Positions 19,149 to 29,872 of a DNA stretch of 64,000 bases are shown one piece after another. Position numbers and translations under genes: made by a program. Position 1 is the first letter of the stretch. Every line of letters begins with the position of its first letter. The notes beneath the pieces were generated by a model. That model was given only the letters and a program-made list of their open reading frames with translations. It searched no databases and was not told where the DNA came from. Location: the NCBI GenBank assembly GCA_028872875.1, contig JAGWOC010000005.1, positions 4,114 through 68,113 of the forward strand, written 5' to 3'. Source of the stretch: Chloroflexota bacterium. Its GTDB lineage: Bacteria; Chloroflexota; Dehalococcoidia; DSTF01; JACRBR01.

Positions 19149-20468
19149 ATGCAGTCGACGAACGCCAGGCGCGGCGTGATCACGGTGGGGCAGGGCCCGC
19201 GGCGGCACCGCAGGGCACGCCGCATTGCCATCGCCGCGGCCGTGGTGTTCCTGATGCTGGCAGCGGCGCTGCACTGGCGCAACGCGCTGGCGGTGCGGGG
19301 CTCCGACCTGAGCCGGAGCGTGATCGGCGCGGACAACACGGTGCGCATCGAAGCGATCTACTTCCGGCTGAACGACCGGTTCAAGCGGCTGAAGTACAGC
19401 ATCTTCGGCGGCGGCACGGGCAATCCGATCAGCCCTGCGGCGCAACGCCACACGGCGGCGTCCGCCGCCGCATCCACGAGCGCGGCGCCGCGGCACGCGT
19501 CCGCAGCGGCTGCGGCCGGTGCGGCTGGTGCGGCGGCGGCACCGACGGCAGCGCTGCCCGACGCGGCGCCCGCGCCCATCGCCCCCATCTATCCGCACAC
19601 CCTCTCGCAGGGGGAGGGGACGTGGACGACGATCCAGCTCGCGGGTGGGCTGCGCACGCCGTACACGACGCAGCACCCCATCTACACGACGTTCATCCGG
19701 CCTGACCCGCAGCGGCCCTACGCGACGGTGACGCTGGCGGAGTTCAGCGCGGCGAGCATCTCGCTGCATCCGGTGGCGGGCACGAGCGAGCCCGGCGTGT
19801 CGACGGGCATCTCGGGGACGGGGGCGATCCCGTCGAGCGTGCTCGACAGCGGCGCGCTGCTGGCGGCGTTCAACGGCGGCTTCCGCTGGCAGGACGGCCA
19901 CTACGGGATGATCGTCGACGGCAAGACGGTCGCGCCGATGGCGGACGGTCTGGCGACGCTGGCGACGTATCGCGACGGGTCGTTCCGCATCGGCACGTGG
20001 GGCAAGGATCTGGGCCCGTCTCCGGACCTGGTCTCGGCGCGCCAGAACGCGATCCTGCTCATCGATCACGGCGCGATCTCCTCGAAGATTGACGCGGGCG
20101 GCCACACGTGGGGCTTCATCTGGTACACGAGCCGGAACTTCTTCACGACGCGCTCCGCCATCGGCGTGACGGCAGACGGGCGGTTCGTGTTCGCCGGCGG
20201 CTACGAGACGAACGCGCGGACGCTGGCGACGGCGCTGCGCCAGGCGGGCGTGCAGACGGCGATGCAGCTCGATGTGAACAAGCCGTACACGCAGATGGCG
20301 CTGTACGAGGCGCCGCATTCCTACATTCAGGGCTTCAACCTGACGGACTGGATGCACCAGTCCCCCGACGGCTTCTTCGCCGGCCGTGCGCGCGACTTCG
20401 TGTACATGACCATCCGGGGCCAAACGCAGGCGGCGCCGACGGCTTCGCCCCGCGGCACGGCACCGTGA
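19149..20468 (+). CDS. Secreted/anchored protein with a C-terminal phosphodiester-glycosidase (DUF2233/NAGPA-like) domain.
   Basis: 439 aa. N-terminal signal anchor. C-terminal 'FNGGFRWQDGHYGMIVDGK...AIGVTADGRFVFAGG...MQLDVNKPYTQMAL' matches the DUF2233 pattern. RBS GGTGAGGAGG. Paralog of 27152-28405. Confidence 0.8.
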   Translation: MQSTNARRGVITVGQGPRRHRRARRIAIAAAVVFLMLAAALHWRNALAVRGSDLSRSVIGADNTVRIEAIYFRLNDRFKRLKYSIFGGGTGNPISPAAQRHTAASAAASTSAAPRHASAAAAAGAAGAAAAPTAALPDAAPAPIAPIYPHTLSQGEGTWTTIQLAGGLRTPYTTQHPIYTTFIRPDPQRPYATVTLAEFSAASISLHPVAGTSEPGVSTGISGTGAIPSSVLDSGALLAAFNGGFRWQDGHYGMIVDGKTVAPMADGLATLATYRDGSFRIGTWGKDLGPSPDLVSARQNAILLIDHGAISSKIDAGGHTWGFIWYTSRNFFTTRSAIGVTADGRFVFAGGYETNARTLATALRQAGVQTAMQLDVNKPYTQMALYEAPHSYIQGFNLTDWMHQSPDGFFAGRARDFVYMTIRGQTQAAPTASPRGTAP

Positions 20469-20515
20469 GCGCGACGGGTGGCGCTGTGCGTGCCGGTGTC
20501 CGGAGCCTGCTGCGC

Positions 20516-20585
20516 CTGCGGGGGACGGAGCTGAAGCTCCCTCGCTACGGCACCGGGGCGGAGATGAAGCTCCGCGGCTACGCCT
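20516..20585. repeat. REP-like double-hairpin element (two GGAGnTGAAGCTCC palindromic units).
   Basis: CTGCGGGGGACGGAGCTGAAGCTCCCTCGCTACGGC recurs at 31288-31323. Each copy is followed by a degenerate second unit. Sits in the convergent intergenic region after the glycosidase gene. Confidence 0.6.
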
Positions 20586-20625
20586 GTGCATGCCGCTCGC
20601 CTGGCGGGGCCGGACCGCCGCGCCC

Positions 20626-21723
20626 CTAGACGACGGGCGGTGCTTCGGCATCTGGCACGTTGCCGTTGCGGCTGACCGCCGATACCGCGACGGCTCTGGG
20701 TGTCGCCGACTTGATCAGGTCTTCGATCTCGCGCGCGACGTCCGGGTTCTGGCGCAGGTACTCCTTCGCCGCCTCGCGCCCCTGCCCGAGGCGCAGCTCG
20801 CCGTAGTTGAAGAACGCGCCCATCTTCTTCAGGACGTTGTTATCGACGCCGAGGTCGACGATATCACCCTCGCGGCTGATGCCGCGGTGCTTGCCGCTGA
20901 AGAGGATGTCGAACTCCGCGGTGCGGAACGGCGCCGCCACCTTGTTCTTGACGACTTTCGCCCGCACGCGGTTGCCGATGATGTCGGTGCCCTGCTTGAG
21001 CGATTCCGCGCGCCGGAGCTCGATGCGCACGGAGCTGTAGAACTTGAGCGCCCGCCCGCCCGGGGTCACCTCCGGGTTGCCGAAGACGACGCCGATCTTC
21101 TCGCGGAGCTGGTTGATGAAGATCACGGAGGCGCGCGACTTGGAGATGACGGCGGTGAGCTTGCGCAGCGCCTGCGACATCAGCCGCGCCTGGAGGCCGG
21201 GGAGCGAGTCGCCCATCTCACCCTCGATCTCGGCGCGGGGGACGAGGGCGGCGACGCTGTCGACGACGATCACGTCGACGGCGTTGCTGCGCACGAGCGC
21301 GTCGCAGATCTCGAGGGCCTGCTCGCCGGTGTCGGGCTGCGAGATCAGCAGCTCGCCGACGTTGATGCCGCAGGACTCGGCGTGATCCTTGTCGAGCGCG
21401 TGCTCGACGTCGATGTAGGCGGCGATGCCGCCGGCCTTCTGGGCCTGGGCGACGACGTGGTAGGCAAGCGTCGACTTGCCGGCGCCCTCCGGCCCGTAGA
21501 TCTCGGCGATGCGCCCGCGCGGCAGGCCGCCGACGCCGAGCGCCATGTCGAGCGCGAGGGAGCCGGTCGAGATGACATCGACCTTGAACTGGGCCTGCGC
21601 GTCGCCGAGCTTCATGATGGCGCCGTGGCCGTAGCGCTTCTCGATGTCGGCGAGGGCATCGAGGAGCGCCTGGTCCTTGTCGTCCGAGACCTTCTTGTCG
21701 GTCTTGTCGCTGTTGCGTGCCAT
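20626..21723 (-). CDS. recA: Recombinase RecA.
   Basis: 365 aa. Walker A '[11 protein letters not shown]'. Strong RecA signature throughout (L1/L2 loops, '[12 protein letters not shown]'). Confidence 0.97.
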   Translation of the reverse strand: MARNSDKTDKKVSDDKDQALLDALADIEKRYGHGAIMKLGDAQAQFKVDVISTGSLALDMALGVGGLPRGRIAEIYGPEGAGKSTLAYHVVAQAQKAGGIAAYIDVEHALDKDHAESCGINVGELLISQPDTGEQALEICDALVRSNAVDVIVVDSVAALVPRAEIEGEMGDSLPGLQARLMSQALRKLTAVISKSRASVIFINQLREKIGVVFGNPEVTPGGRALKFYSSVRIELRRAESLKQGTDIIGNRVRAKVVKNKVAAPFRTAEFDILFSGKHRGISREGDIVDLGVDNNVLKKMGAFFNYGELRLGQGREAAKEYLRQNPDVAREIEDLIKSATPRAVAVSAVSRNGNVPDAEAPPVV

Positions 21724-21763
21724 CTCAGCCTCCTGCCCGGACGGGTCGGGCCCGTCCCTCGAC

Positions 21764-21779
21764 TAGAACACCCGTGCTA
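21764..21779 (-). promoter_or_regulatory. Putative Cheo-type LexA/SOS box (GCAC-N4-GTTC on the recA strand), ~45 bp upstream of recA.
   Basis: TAGAACACCCGTGCTA is a near palindrome that resembles GAAC-N4-GTTC with one mismatch. Confidence 0.3.
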
Positions 21780-22083
21780 GTGCGAGCGCTATGATAGGCG
21801 CGCGCGCGGCGGCTGTCAAGTACATCTGTTCGGCGAAGTATAGATCACCGGTGGGGCCGGCGCGGCAGGGACGCGCCGCGCGGGGCGTCGGCACGGCGGG
21901 CGCGGCCGACGTGCCCAGGCGCACGGCGCGGCTTGAGCCGCCCGCCGCCAGCGCACCGGGCACCTGCCCTCGCCGCTCGTCCCTGCCGTTCAAGGTGATC
22001 CTGTCTTTCATGGTGTGGCAGCATCACTGGCCCGGGGCAGGGTGAGTCATGGTCACTGCCCGTCTGCGCCGGTAGCAGATTCC

Positions 22084-22113
22084 TTGACTCGGCGGAGTCT
22101 GCGTCCATATACT
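22084..22113 (+). promoter_or_regulatory. Sigma-70-like promoter for the tRNA-Thr/tuf cluster.
   Basis: TTGACT (22084-22089), 18 nt spacer, TATACT (22108-22113), about 95 nt upstream of the first tRNA. Confidence 0.5.
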
Positions 22114-22207
22114 GTCGCCGCGAACCCGCCAGAGGCGGGGCCTATTTTTGTTGGGCGCAGTGACGATTCAGCCGACAGCGGCCCGACAGGCCGGAGGGCG
22201 GCTTCGG

Positions 22208-22283
22208 GCCCGAGTGGCGCAACGGCAGCGCAACCGATTTGTAATCGGTAGGTTAGTGGGTTCGAATCCCCTCTCGGGCTCCA
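22208..22283 (+). tRNA. tRNA-Thr (anticodon UGU).
   Basis: Cloverleaf: acceptor GCCCGAG/CTCGGGC, D-arm GCGC-AACGGCA-GCGC, anticodon stem ACCGA/TCGGT with loop TTTGTAA, T-loop TTCGAAT, 3' CCA encoded. One mismatch in the T-stem. Confidence 0.8.
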
Positions 22284-22364
22284 GATGAGATCCCGCGGCG
22301 GGGGTAGTGCGTGCCCGGAGCGCCTCGCCGCCGGCGCAGCTCGCATCCGCGGAGAAACCGGCCT

Positions 22365-22440
22365 GCCCACATAGCTCAGTTGGCAGAGCACACCCTTGGT
22401 AAGGGTGAGGTCATCGGTTCGAATCCGATTGTGGGCTCCA
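22365..22440 (+). tRNA. tRNA-Thr (anticodon GGU).
   Basis: Acceptor GCCCACA/TGTGGGC, canonical D-arm TAGCTCAGTTGGCAGAGCA, anticodon stem CACCC/GGGTG with loop TTGGTAA, T-arm ATCGG-TTCGAAT-CCGAT, CCA encoded. Confidence 0.9.
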
Positions 22441-22586
22441 GCAGGGAACACGCCCCGGGTGCCGGGGCAGCGGGATACGCACAGCGCCTGCCGGACGCGG
22501 GCGGCAGGCATCGGCGGGCGCATCCGCGAGGCGCGGAGGACGGAGCAGGCCCCTCAGCCAGGGGGGCACAGAAGGAGTAGCCGGAC

Positions 22587-23786
<1,200 letters not shown>

Positions 23787-23852
23787 CGGACAACCGGCAC
23801 GGCCCGCCCGTATACTGTTGAGGCGGGGGGCGGTCCCGCCGCGTGAGGCATC

Positions 23853-24017
23853 ATGGCGAAGAAGGAAGACCGGGCCATCATCACGCTCGCCTGCACGGAG
23901 TGCAAGGAGCGGACGTATACGACGACGAAGAACCGGCGCAACGACCCTGACCGGCTGGAGCTGAGCAAGTTCTGCCCGCGGTGCCGTGCCCACCGGCCTC
24001 ATCGTGAGGTCCGGTAG
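23853..24017 (+). CDS. rpmG: 50S ribosomal protein L33.
   Basis: 54 aa [54 protein letters not shown] (C4 zinc-ribbon type). Not in the ORF track. Confidence 0.85.
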   Translation: MAKKEDRAIITLACTECKERTYTTTKNRRNDPDRLELSKFCPRCRAHRPHREVR

Positions 24018-24029
24018 GAGAGGATTGGT

Positions 24030-24353
24030 ATGAGTCGCGCCCTGCGCCGCCAGCCACTGGTGCAGAAGCCGCCCGCGAAGGCGCCGGCCTTCCGGCCCGC
24101 CGCCCGGGCGGCGCGAAAGCCGGCGTCGGCGGCCGCAACGGAGGCCGCGAAGCGGCGCTCGCTCTACGACCGGCTCGTCCCGCGCTTCGTGCAGGACATC
24201 GTCAGCGAACTCAAGAAGGTCAGTTGGCCGACGCGCGAGGAAACCGTGCGGCTGACGGTGGTCGTGATCGTCGTCTCGGTCGCGATCGGCATGATGCTCG
24301 GCGTGGTCGACTTCGCCTTCAGCTACCTCGTCGACCACACGCTGCTAAGGTAG
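24030..24353 (+). CDS. secE: Preprotein translocase subunit SecE.
   Basis: 107 aa. Basic N-terminus, '[12 protein letters not shown]' and a single C-terminal TM. Conserved rpmG-secE-nusG order. Confidence 0.85.
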   Translation: MSRALRRQPLVQKPPAKAPAFRPAARAARKPASAAATEAAKRRSLYDRLVPRFVQDIVSELKKVSWPTREETVRLTVVVIVVSVAIGMMLGVVDFAFSYLVDHTLLR

Positions 24354-24358
24354 GACGC

Positions 24359-25000
24359 ATGGCACGCAAGGGCAAAGCCGCGGTCGCGCGCGCCGAGGAG
24401 AGCGAGATCGCCGAAGGCGGCGGGCCGGGGTCGCCGGAAGAAGACGCGATCCGGGAGGGCCGCTCCTGGTACGTGATCCACACCTACTCGGGCTACGAGA
24501 ACAAGGTCAAGACGAACCTGGAGCACCGCATCCAGACCATGGACGCGAAGGATCTGATCTTCGAGGTCGTGATCCCGACCGAAGACGAGATCGAGATCCG
24601 GGACGGGCAGCGGCGCACCGTCGCGCGCAAGATCTTCCCCGGCTACGTGCTGGTGCAGATGATCGACCTGAAGGAGGACGACATCAAGTCGAGCCAGGCG
24701 TGGTTCGTGGTGCGCAACACGCCGGGGGTCACCGGCTTCGTCGGCTCTGGCACGCGGCCGGTGCCGCTCGAGCCGCCCGAGGTGAAGCGCATCCTGCGCC
24801 AGATGCGCGTCGAGGCGCCGAAGGTGAAGGTCGGCTTCGTCGTCGGCCAGAGTGTGCGCATCGTCGATGGTCCCTTCCAGGACTTCGTCGGGCAGGTCGA
24901 CGACATCAACCTCGAGAAGGGGAAGGTGAAGGTGCTGGTCTCGTTCTTCGGGCGCGAGACGCCGGTCGAACTGGACTTCCTGCAGGTGGAGCGCCTCTAG
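24359..25000 (+). CDS. nusG: Transcription termination/antitermination factor NusG.
   Basis: 213 aa from MARKGKAA. NGN domain 'WYVIHTYSGYENKV' and KOW motif 'GQSVRIVDGPFQDFVGQV'. Confidence 0.95.
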   Translation: MARKGKAAVARAEESEIAEGGGPGSPEEDAIREGRSWYVIHTYSGYENKVKTNLEHRIQTMDAKDLIFEVVIPTEDEIEIRDGQRRTVARKIFPGYVLVQMIDLKEDDIKSSQAWFVVRNTPGVTGFVGSGTRPVPLEPPEVKRILRQMRVEAPKVKVGFVVGQSVRIVDGPFQDFVGQVDDINLEKGKVKVLVSFFGRETPVELDFLQVERL

Positions 25001-25071
25001 GCGGATGCCGGACGCGCGCGGCAAGACGCGCGAACGTCGTGCACGCCTCAACGGTAGACAGCCGACGACGG

Positions 25072-25089
25072 CCAGGCGCATGCGCCTGG
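25072..25089 (+). promoter_or_regulatory. Perfect 18-nt palindrome (hairpin) in the nusG-rplK spacer; candidate attenuator or L11-operon leader element.
   Basis: CCAGGCGCATGCGCCTGG, 45 nt upstream of the rplK start. Confidence 0.35.
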
Positions 25090-25134
25090 CGTCTTCGCGC
25101 AGCGAGCGCGCCCATGCGGGCGGAAGGATAGACG

Positions 25135-25560
25135 ATGGCGAAGAAGATCCGGGCGATCATCACCTTGCAGATCGAGGCCGGGAAGGCGAACCCGGCGCCG
25201 CCCGTCGGGCCGGCGCTCGGCCAGCACGGCATCAACATCATGGGCTTCTGCAAGGAGTACAACGAAAAGACCGCGGGCCAGGCGGGGACGATCGTCCCGG
25301 CCGAGATCACGGTGTTCGAGGACCGTTCGTTCAGCTTCATTCTGAAGACGCCGCCGGCGTCCGACCTGCTGAAGAAGGCCGCGGGCATCGACAAGGGGAG
25401 CCCGGCGCAGAAGCGGCAGAAGGTGGCGACGCTCTCGCGCGGGGAGATCCGGCGCATCGCCGAGTTGAAGATGAAGGACCTGAACGCCAACGACATCGAC
25501 GCGGCGATGCTGATGGTGGAGGGCACGGCGCGCTCGATGGGCATCGAGGTCGCGCCGTGA
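25135..25560 (+). CDS. rplK: 50S ribosomal protein L11.
   Basis: 141 aa '[36 protein letters not shown]'. RBS GGAAGGA. Confidence 0.97.
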   Translation: MAKKIRAIITLQIEAGKANPAPPVGPALGQHGINIMGFCKEYNEKTAGQAGTIVPAEITVFEDRSFSFILKTPPASDLLKKAAGIDKGSPAQKRQKVATLSRGEIRRIAELKMKDLNANDIDAAMLMVEGTARSMGIEVAP

Positions 25561-25823
25561 TGGGAAGCAGGCGGCGAGAGGCCCGAAGCGAGAGGCTGCG
25601 CGACGGCGCATCGTTGTAGGGGCGCTGCTTGCCGCGCCCGCCGTTGTGTGATGCCGGGCGGGGCAAGCGACACCCGGCCGGGGTGCGGATCTGGCGCTCC
25701 GAAGGCGAACCACGGTCCGCCGCGAGGCGCGGCGATAGCCGGTGACGGAGGCCGAACCCGCGTAGGGGGAGGCCGGCTCGGACCCCATCGAGGGTGTACG
25801 TCGCCGCGGAGGAGGACGAGCGG

Positions 25824-26534
25824 ATGAAGCACGGGAAGCAGTACACCGAGAAGGCAAAGCTCATCGACCCGGAGCGGCTCTACACGCCGCAGGAGGCGAT
25901 CAAGCTGGCGAAGGAGGCGTCCTTCGCGAAGTTCGACGAGACGGTCGAGCTGCACCTGCGTACGGGGCTCGACCCGCGGCACGCCGACCAGCAGATCCGC
26001 GGCACGTCGCTGTTGCCCCACGGGCTCGGCAAGACCGTGCGCGTGCTCGTCTTCGCCGAGGGCGAGGGCGCGCGCCTGGCGCAGGAGGCGGGCGCCGATG
26101 AGGTCGGCGGCGACGAGCTGATCAAGAAGGTCGAGGGCGGCCACACGGCCTTCGACGTCGCGCTCGCCCAGCGCGACCTGATGGGCAAGGTCGGGCGCCT
26201 CGGCCGCGTGCTCGGCCCGAAGGGGCTGATGCCAAACCCCCGCTCCGGCACGGTCGTCGATGCCGCCGACATGGCGAAAGCCGTGCGCGACGCGCGGCAG
26301 GGGCGCGTCGAGTTCCGGCTGGACCGCACGGCGATCGTCCACTGCCCGATCGGCAAGGTAAGCTTCGACGCCCAGGCGCTCGAAGAGAACATGGCGACGC
26401 TGGTCTCCGAGATCGTCAAGGCGAAGCCGTCGGGCCAGAAGGGGGTCTACATCCGCTCGATCACGCTGACGACGACGATGGGGCCGGGCATCCGACTGGA
26501 CCCGACGCCGACGCTGGCGATGAAGGCCGGGTAG
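25824..26534 (+). CDS. rplA: 50S ribosomal protein L1.
   Basis: 236 aa from [22 protein letters not shown]. About 260-nt leader after rplK contains one copy of the GGGCGC/GCGCCC hairpin (25616-25645). Confidence 0.95.
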   Translation: MKHGKQYTEKAKLIDPERLYTPQEAIKLAKEASFAKFDETVELHLRTGLDPRHADQQIRGTSLLPHGLGKTVRVLVFAEGEGARLAQEAGADEVGGDELIKKVEGGHTAFDVALAQRDLMGKVGRLGRVLGPKGLMPNPRSGTVVDAADMAKAVRDARQGRVEFRLDRTAIVHCPIGKVSFDAQALEENMATLVSEIVKAKPSGQKGVYIRSITLTTTMGPGIRLDPTPTLAMKAG

Positions 26535-26574
26535 GGCGCCCGACGCAGGCCGCCGGAGCGCGAGGGAGGCGTCG

Positions 26575-27036
26575 ATGGCGCAGGTGTTTCCGCCGCTCGA
26601 GATCTCGCAGCACTGGCAGAGCGTCAACGACTCGCTGCTGCGCATCGTCGAGCTGATCCCGGAGGAGAGGCTCAACTGGACGCCGCAGGCGGACCTGTGG
26701 AATTCACGCGGGGTCCTGATCCACATCTCCGATGCCCGGGACGGATGGCTCGCGAACACGGTGGTGGACGGCGATCCCTACCCCAATATCTGGACGACCG
26801 CGCGCAGCCGCGACGACCTTCGCCGCGAGCTCATGCGCAGCTTCGCGCGCCTGCAACGCTTCCTCTCGAATCAGGCGCAGCTCGATGCCTCGTACCGTGA
26901 CGACTGGAATGGCGAGACTGTCACACTCAGCGGCCACTGGATCGCGTTCCACCTGCTCGTGCACGACATCCACCATCGTGCCGAGCTGCTGCAGCGGATC
27001 GCGTTGATGGGCATCGAGCACGACATCGACGTTTGA
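26575..27036 (+). CDS. DinB/YfiT-like (DinB_2 superfamily) four-helix-bundle metalloprotein.
   Basis: 153 aa with His ligands 'HISD...HLLVHDIHHRAEL'. RBS GAGGGAGG. Inserted between rplA and rplJ. Confidence 0.75.
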   Translation: MAQVFPPLEISQHWQSVNDSLLRIVELIPEERLNWTPQADLWNSRGVLIHISDARDGWLANTVVDGDPYPNIWTTARSRDDLRRELMRSFARLQRFLSNQAQLDASYRDDWNGETVTLSGHWIAFHLLVHDIHHRAELLQRIALMGIEHDIDV

Positions 27037-27151
27037 GTGTCGCGCTGGTGTCTGGCTGGCGTCATGCAACCTGCCGCGGGATCGATCATGATGGTGGCGT
27101 CGGATGGAGGCGGGTGACGGCTGGCCGCGCAGGGACGGTGGCGGTGGGCCC

Positions 27152-28405
27152 ATGACAACGGGAATGCACGCGGGCCAGCGCTCACGCTGGGGCGCGCTGC
27201 GGCCGGGGCGGCGGGCGCGGCGGGTCATCCTCGTGCTCGGCGCGCTGGTCCTCGCGCTGGCGCTGGCCGCGCGCTGGAAGGACACCCTCGCCGTCCACGG
27301 CTCCGACCTCAGCCGGCGCCTGATCGGTGCGCACAACACCGTGCGCATCGAGGCGATCTACTTCAAGGCGGAGGACGCGATGGCCCGCCTGAAGTACCGG
27401 CTCTTCGGCGGCGGCGGGGGCAGTCCCGTCAGCGGGCCGGTCCTCCAGCGCGAGCAGCCCGCCGCGCAGGCCGGATCGCCGTCGGCTGCCGCCGCGCCGT
27501 CCGGCGGCGTCCAGGTGGAGCCGCTGCCGCGGCCGGCAGCGCCGGACGCGCCGCCGGCGACCGTGCCGGTGCTGTACGCGCATACAGCATCGAAGGGAGA
27601 GGGCGTCTGGGCGCCGCTCCGGCTGACGGGCCCGCTGTTGAGCGTCTACACCGAGAAGCACCCGATCTTCACGACCTTCGTGCGGCCCGACGCCGCGCGT
27701 CCGTATGCCACTGTGACGCTGGCCGCGTTCGATGCCGGGAGCATCAGCCTGCATCCCGTTGCGGGCACGCAGGACCCCGGCGGCCCGCTCGGCGTCCGCG
27801 GCCCCGGCGACATCCCCGCGAGCGTCCTGCGAGGCGGCGCGCTGATCGCCGCCTTCAACGGCGGCTTCCGCTGGGACGACGGTCACTACGGCATGCTCGT
27901 CGACGGTATGGAGATCACGCCGATGCGTGATGGCCTCGCGACGCTCGCCTCCTACCGCGACGGGTCGTTTCGGTTCGGCATCTGGGGGAGCGACATCGTC
28001 CCGGCGCCGGACCTCGTCTCCGCCCGGCAGAACGGCATCTTCCTGATCGACCACGGCGCGGTCTCGCCGAAGATCGACGCGGGCGGCGAGACCTGGGGCT
28101 GGGTCTTCTACAAGAGCCGCCAGTTCTACACGGCGCGCACCGCCATAGGACTGACGGCGGACGGCCGCTTCGTCTTCGCGGCGGGACACGACGTGGACGC
28201 GCGTACGCTGGCGCTGGCGATGCAGCGGGCCGGCGTGGTGACGGCGATGCAGCTCGACATCAACAGCCCCTACAGCCAGATGGCGCTGTACGAGGACCAG
28301 AGCGGCACACTGCGGGGCTTCAACCTGGCGGACTGGATGGCGGCGGCGCCGTCGGGCTTCTTCGCGGGGCGGGTGCGCGACTTCGTGTACATGACGATCC
28401 GCTGA
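27152..28405 (+). CDS. Secreted/anchored phosphodiester-glycosidase (DUF2233) protein; paralog of 19149-20468.
   Basis: About 417 aa from MTTGM (the track ORF begins at 27104). Collinear similarity to the first paralog: 'AVHGSDLSRRLIGAHNTVRIEAIYF', 'FNGGFRWDDGHYGMLVDG', 'MQLDINSPYSQMAL'. Confidence 0.8.
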   Translation: MTTGMHAGQRSRWGALRPGRRARRVILVLGALVLALALAARWKDTLAVHGSDLSRRLIGAHNTVRIEAIYFKAEDAMARLKYRLFGGGGGSPVSGPVLQREQPAAQAGSPSAAAAPSGGVQVEPLPRPAAPDAPPATVPVLYAHTASKGEGVWAPLRLTGPLLSVYTEKHPIFTTFVRPDAARPYATVTLAAFDAGSISLHPVAGTQDPGGPLGVRGPGDIPASVLRGGALIAAFNGGFRWDDGHYGMLVDGMEITPMRDGLATLASYRDGSFRFGIWGSDIVPAPDLVSARQNGIFLIDHGAVSPKIDAGGETWGWVFYKSRQFYTARTAIGLTADGRFVFAAGHDVDARTLALAMQRAGVVTAMQLDINSPYSQMALYEDQSGTLRGFNLADWMAAAPSGFFAGRVRDFVYMTIR

Positions 28406-28459
28406 GCGGGCGGGGGCCGCGCTTGTCTGGCGGCCGGTCGCCCGGTACACTCCCCGGGC

Positions 28460-28665
28460 TTGAGACAGCAGGCGTCCGCCCGGACATAATCCAGCCTGCC
28501 GAGGCGCAATACGCCAGACCACGGCCCGTCCGGGCCGCGTCGCGTGTGCCCCTGTCGCAGGCAGGGGTTGTTTGTTGCCCCGGCGGGACATCGGGTGCGT
28601 GACTGGCCGGCGGACGGTACGCGCGGGCTGAAGGCCCGCGCTCAGGGACGCGGGGCCCTACGGAG
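28460..28665 (+). promoter_or_regulatory. rplJ leader (about 260 nt) with a candidate promoter.
   Basis: TTGAGA at 28460-28465 and CATAAT at 28485-28490. GC-rich structured leader before rplJ, consistent with an autoregulatory L10 leader. Confidence 0.35.
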
Positions 28666-28671
28666 GTGGCG

Positions 28672-29202
28672 ATGCCGACGGTGAAGAAGCAAGAGACGGT
28701 CGCCGAGCTGAAGGCGCTGGTCGGGCGGTCTTCGATCGTGATCGGCGCGGAGTACCGCGGGCTGAGCGTGAAGGAGATGACGGCGCTGCGACGGGCGCTG
28801 CGAGAGGCGGACGTCGAGGTGCGGGTGGTAAAGAACCGGCTGTTCCAGCGCGCCGCGGAGCAGGCGGGCGTGGCGGTGGCGGGACAGGTCGCGGAAGGGC
28901 CGACGCTCATCGTGTTCGGCCACGGCGACGTCATCGGACCGGCGAAGGCCGTCGCGGAGTACGCGCGGACGGCGCGCAATGCCTTCTCGCCGAAGAAGGC
29001 GTATCTCGACGGCGCGGTGCACGCGGGCAGCATCGTCGGCGAGCTGGCGGCGCTGCCATCGCGTGAGCAGCTCATCGGCCAGCTCGCGGGCGCGTTCGTT
29101 TCGCCGGTGCAGCGGCTAGCGACGCTGCTCAACGACAGCATCCAGAGCTTCGCGCGCCTCGTCGACGCGCGGGCGGAGCAGCTCGAGTCGGAAGCGGCGT
29201 AA
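28672..29202 (+). CDS. rplJ: 50S ribosomal protein L10.
   Basis: About 176 aa from MPTVKKQETV (GGAGG 5 nt upstream). An alternative GTG lies at 28666. Confidence 0.95.
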   Translation: MPTVKKQETVAELKALVGRSSIVIGAEYRGLSVKEMTALRRALREADVEVRVVKNRLFQRAAEQAGVAVAGQVAEGPTLIVFGHGDVIGPAKAVAEYARTARNAFSPKKAYLDGAVHAGSIVGELAALPSREQLIGQLAGAFVSPVQRLATLLNDSIQSFARLVDARAEQLESEAA

Positions 29203-29242
29203 CACCCCGGTGCGCGGGGGCGCTGCGCGCCGCACCAGAATG

Positions 29243-29390
29243 TAGGGGCGCCGCTTGCCGCGCCCGCAGAGGATAGGGGCGCCGCTTGCCGCGCCCGCAG
29301 AGGGTAGGGGCGCCGCTTGCCGCGCCCGCAGAGGGTAGGGGCGCCGCTTGCCGCGCCCGCAGAGGATTGGGGCGCCGCTTGCCGCGCCCA
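29243..29390. repeat. Tandem repeat: about 4.8 copies of a 31-bp unit, each forming a GGGCGC-N8-GCGCCC hairpin.
   Basis: Unit TAGGGGCGCCGCTTGCCGCGCCCGCAGAGG[A/G] with period exactly 31. TAGGGG starts at 29243, 29274, 29305, 29336, and 29367 (the last as TTGGGG). No intervening unique spacers. Confidence 0.9.
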
Positions 29391-29436
29391 ACGTACGTGA
29401 GTCAGGCCGCACGGGCCCAAGGAGGAGAAGGACGAC

Positions 29437-29820
29437 ATGGCGAAGGTTGAAGAAGCGTTTGACATCATCAAGGGCATGACGATCATCGAGCTCCGCGATC
29501 TCAACAAAAAGATCGAGGAGGAGTTCGGCATCACGGCCGCGGCGCCGGCGATGATGATGGCCGCACCGGCGGCGGGTGCGGGCGCCGCCCCCCCGGCAGA
29601 AGAGGAGAAGACGGAGTTCAACGTCGTCCTCAAGGAAGCGGGCGCGAACAAGATCAACGTGATCAAGGCCGTGCGCGAGGTGACGACGCTGGGGCTGAAG
29701 GAGGCGAAAGACCTCGTCGAGAGCGCCCCGGTGAACGTGAAGGAAGGCATCGCCAAAGCGGAGGCGGAAGCCGTAAAGGCGAAGCTGACGGAAGCCGGGG
29801 CAACGGCGGAGCTGGCGTAG
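29437..29820 (+). CDS. rplL: 50S ribosomal protein L7/L12.
   Basis: 127 aa. '[22 protein letters not shown]', Ala/Glu-rich hinge, and C-terminal '[10 protein letters not shown]'. RBS AAGGAGGAG. Confidence 0.97.
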   Translation: MAKVEEAFDIIKGMTIIELRDLNKKIEEEFGITAAAPAMMMAAPAAGAGAAPPAEEEKTEFNVVLKEAGANKINVIKAVREVTTLGLKEAKDLVESAPVNVKEGIAKAEAEAVKAKLTEAGATAELA

Positions 29821-29872
29821 GATCGACGACCTGGCGGCCCCGGACGGGCGCCGTCTGGTAGGATCTTCCCCG

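Noticed and set aside
29243-29390. Considered a CRISPR array because of the regularly spaced GC-rich palindromic repeats.
   Set aside because: Units abut with period 31 and no unique spacers between them. No cas genes nearby. This is a tandem direct repeat, not a CRISPR.
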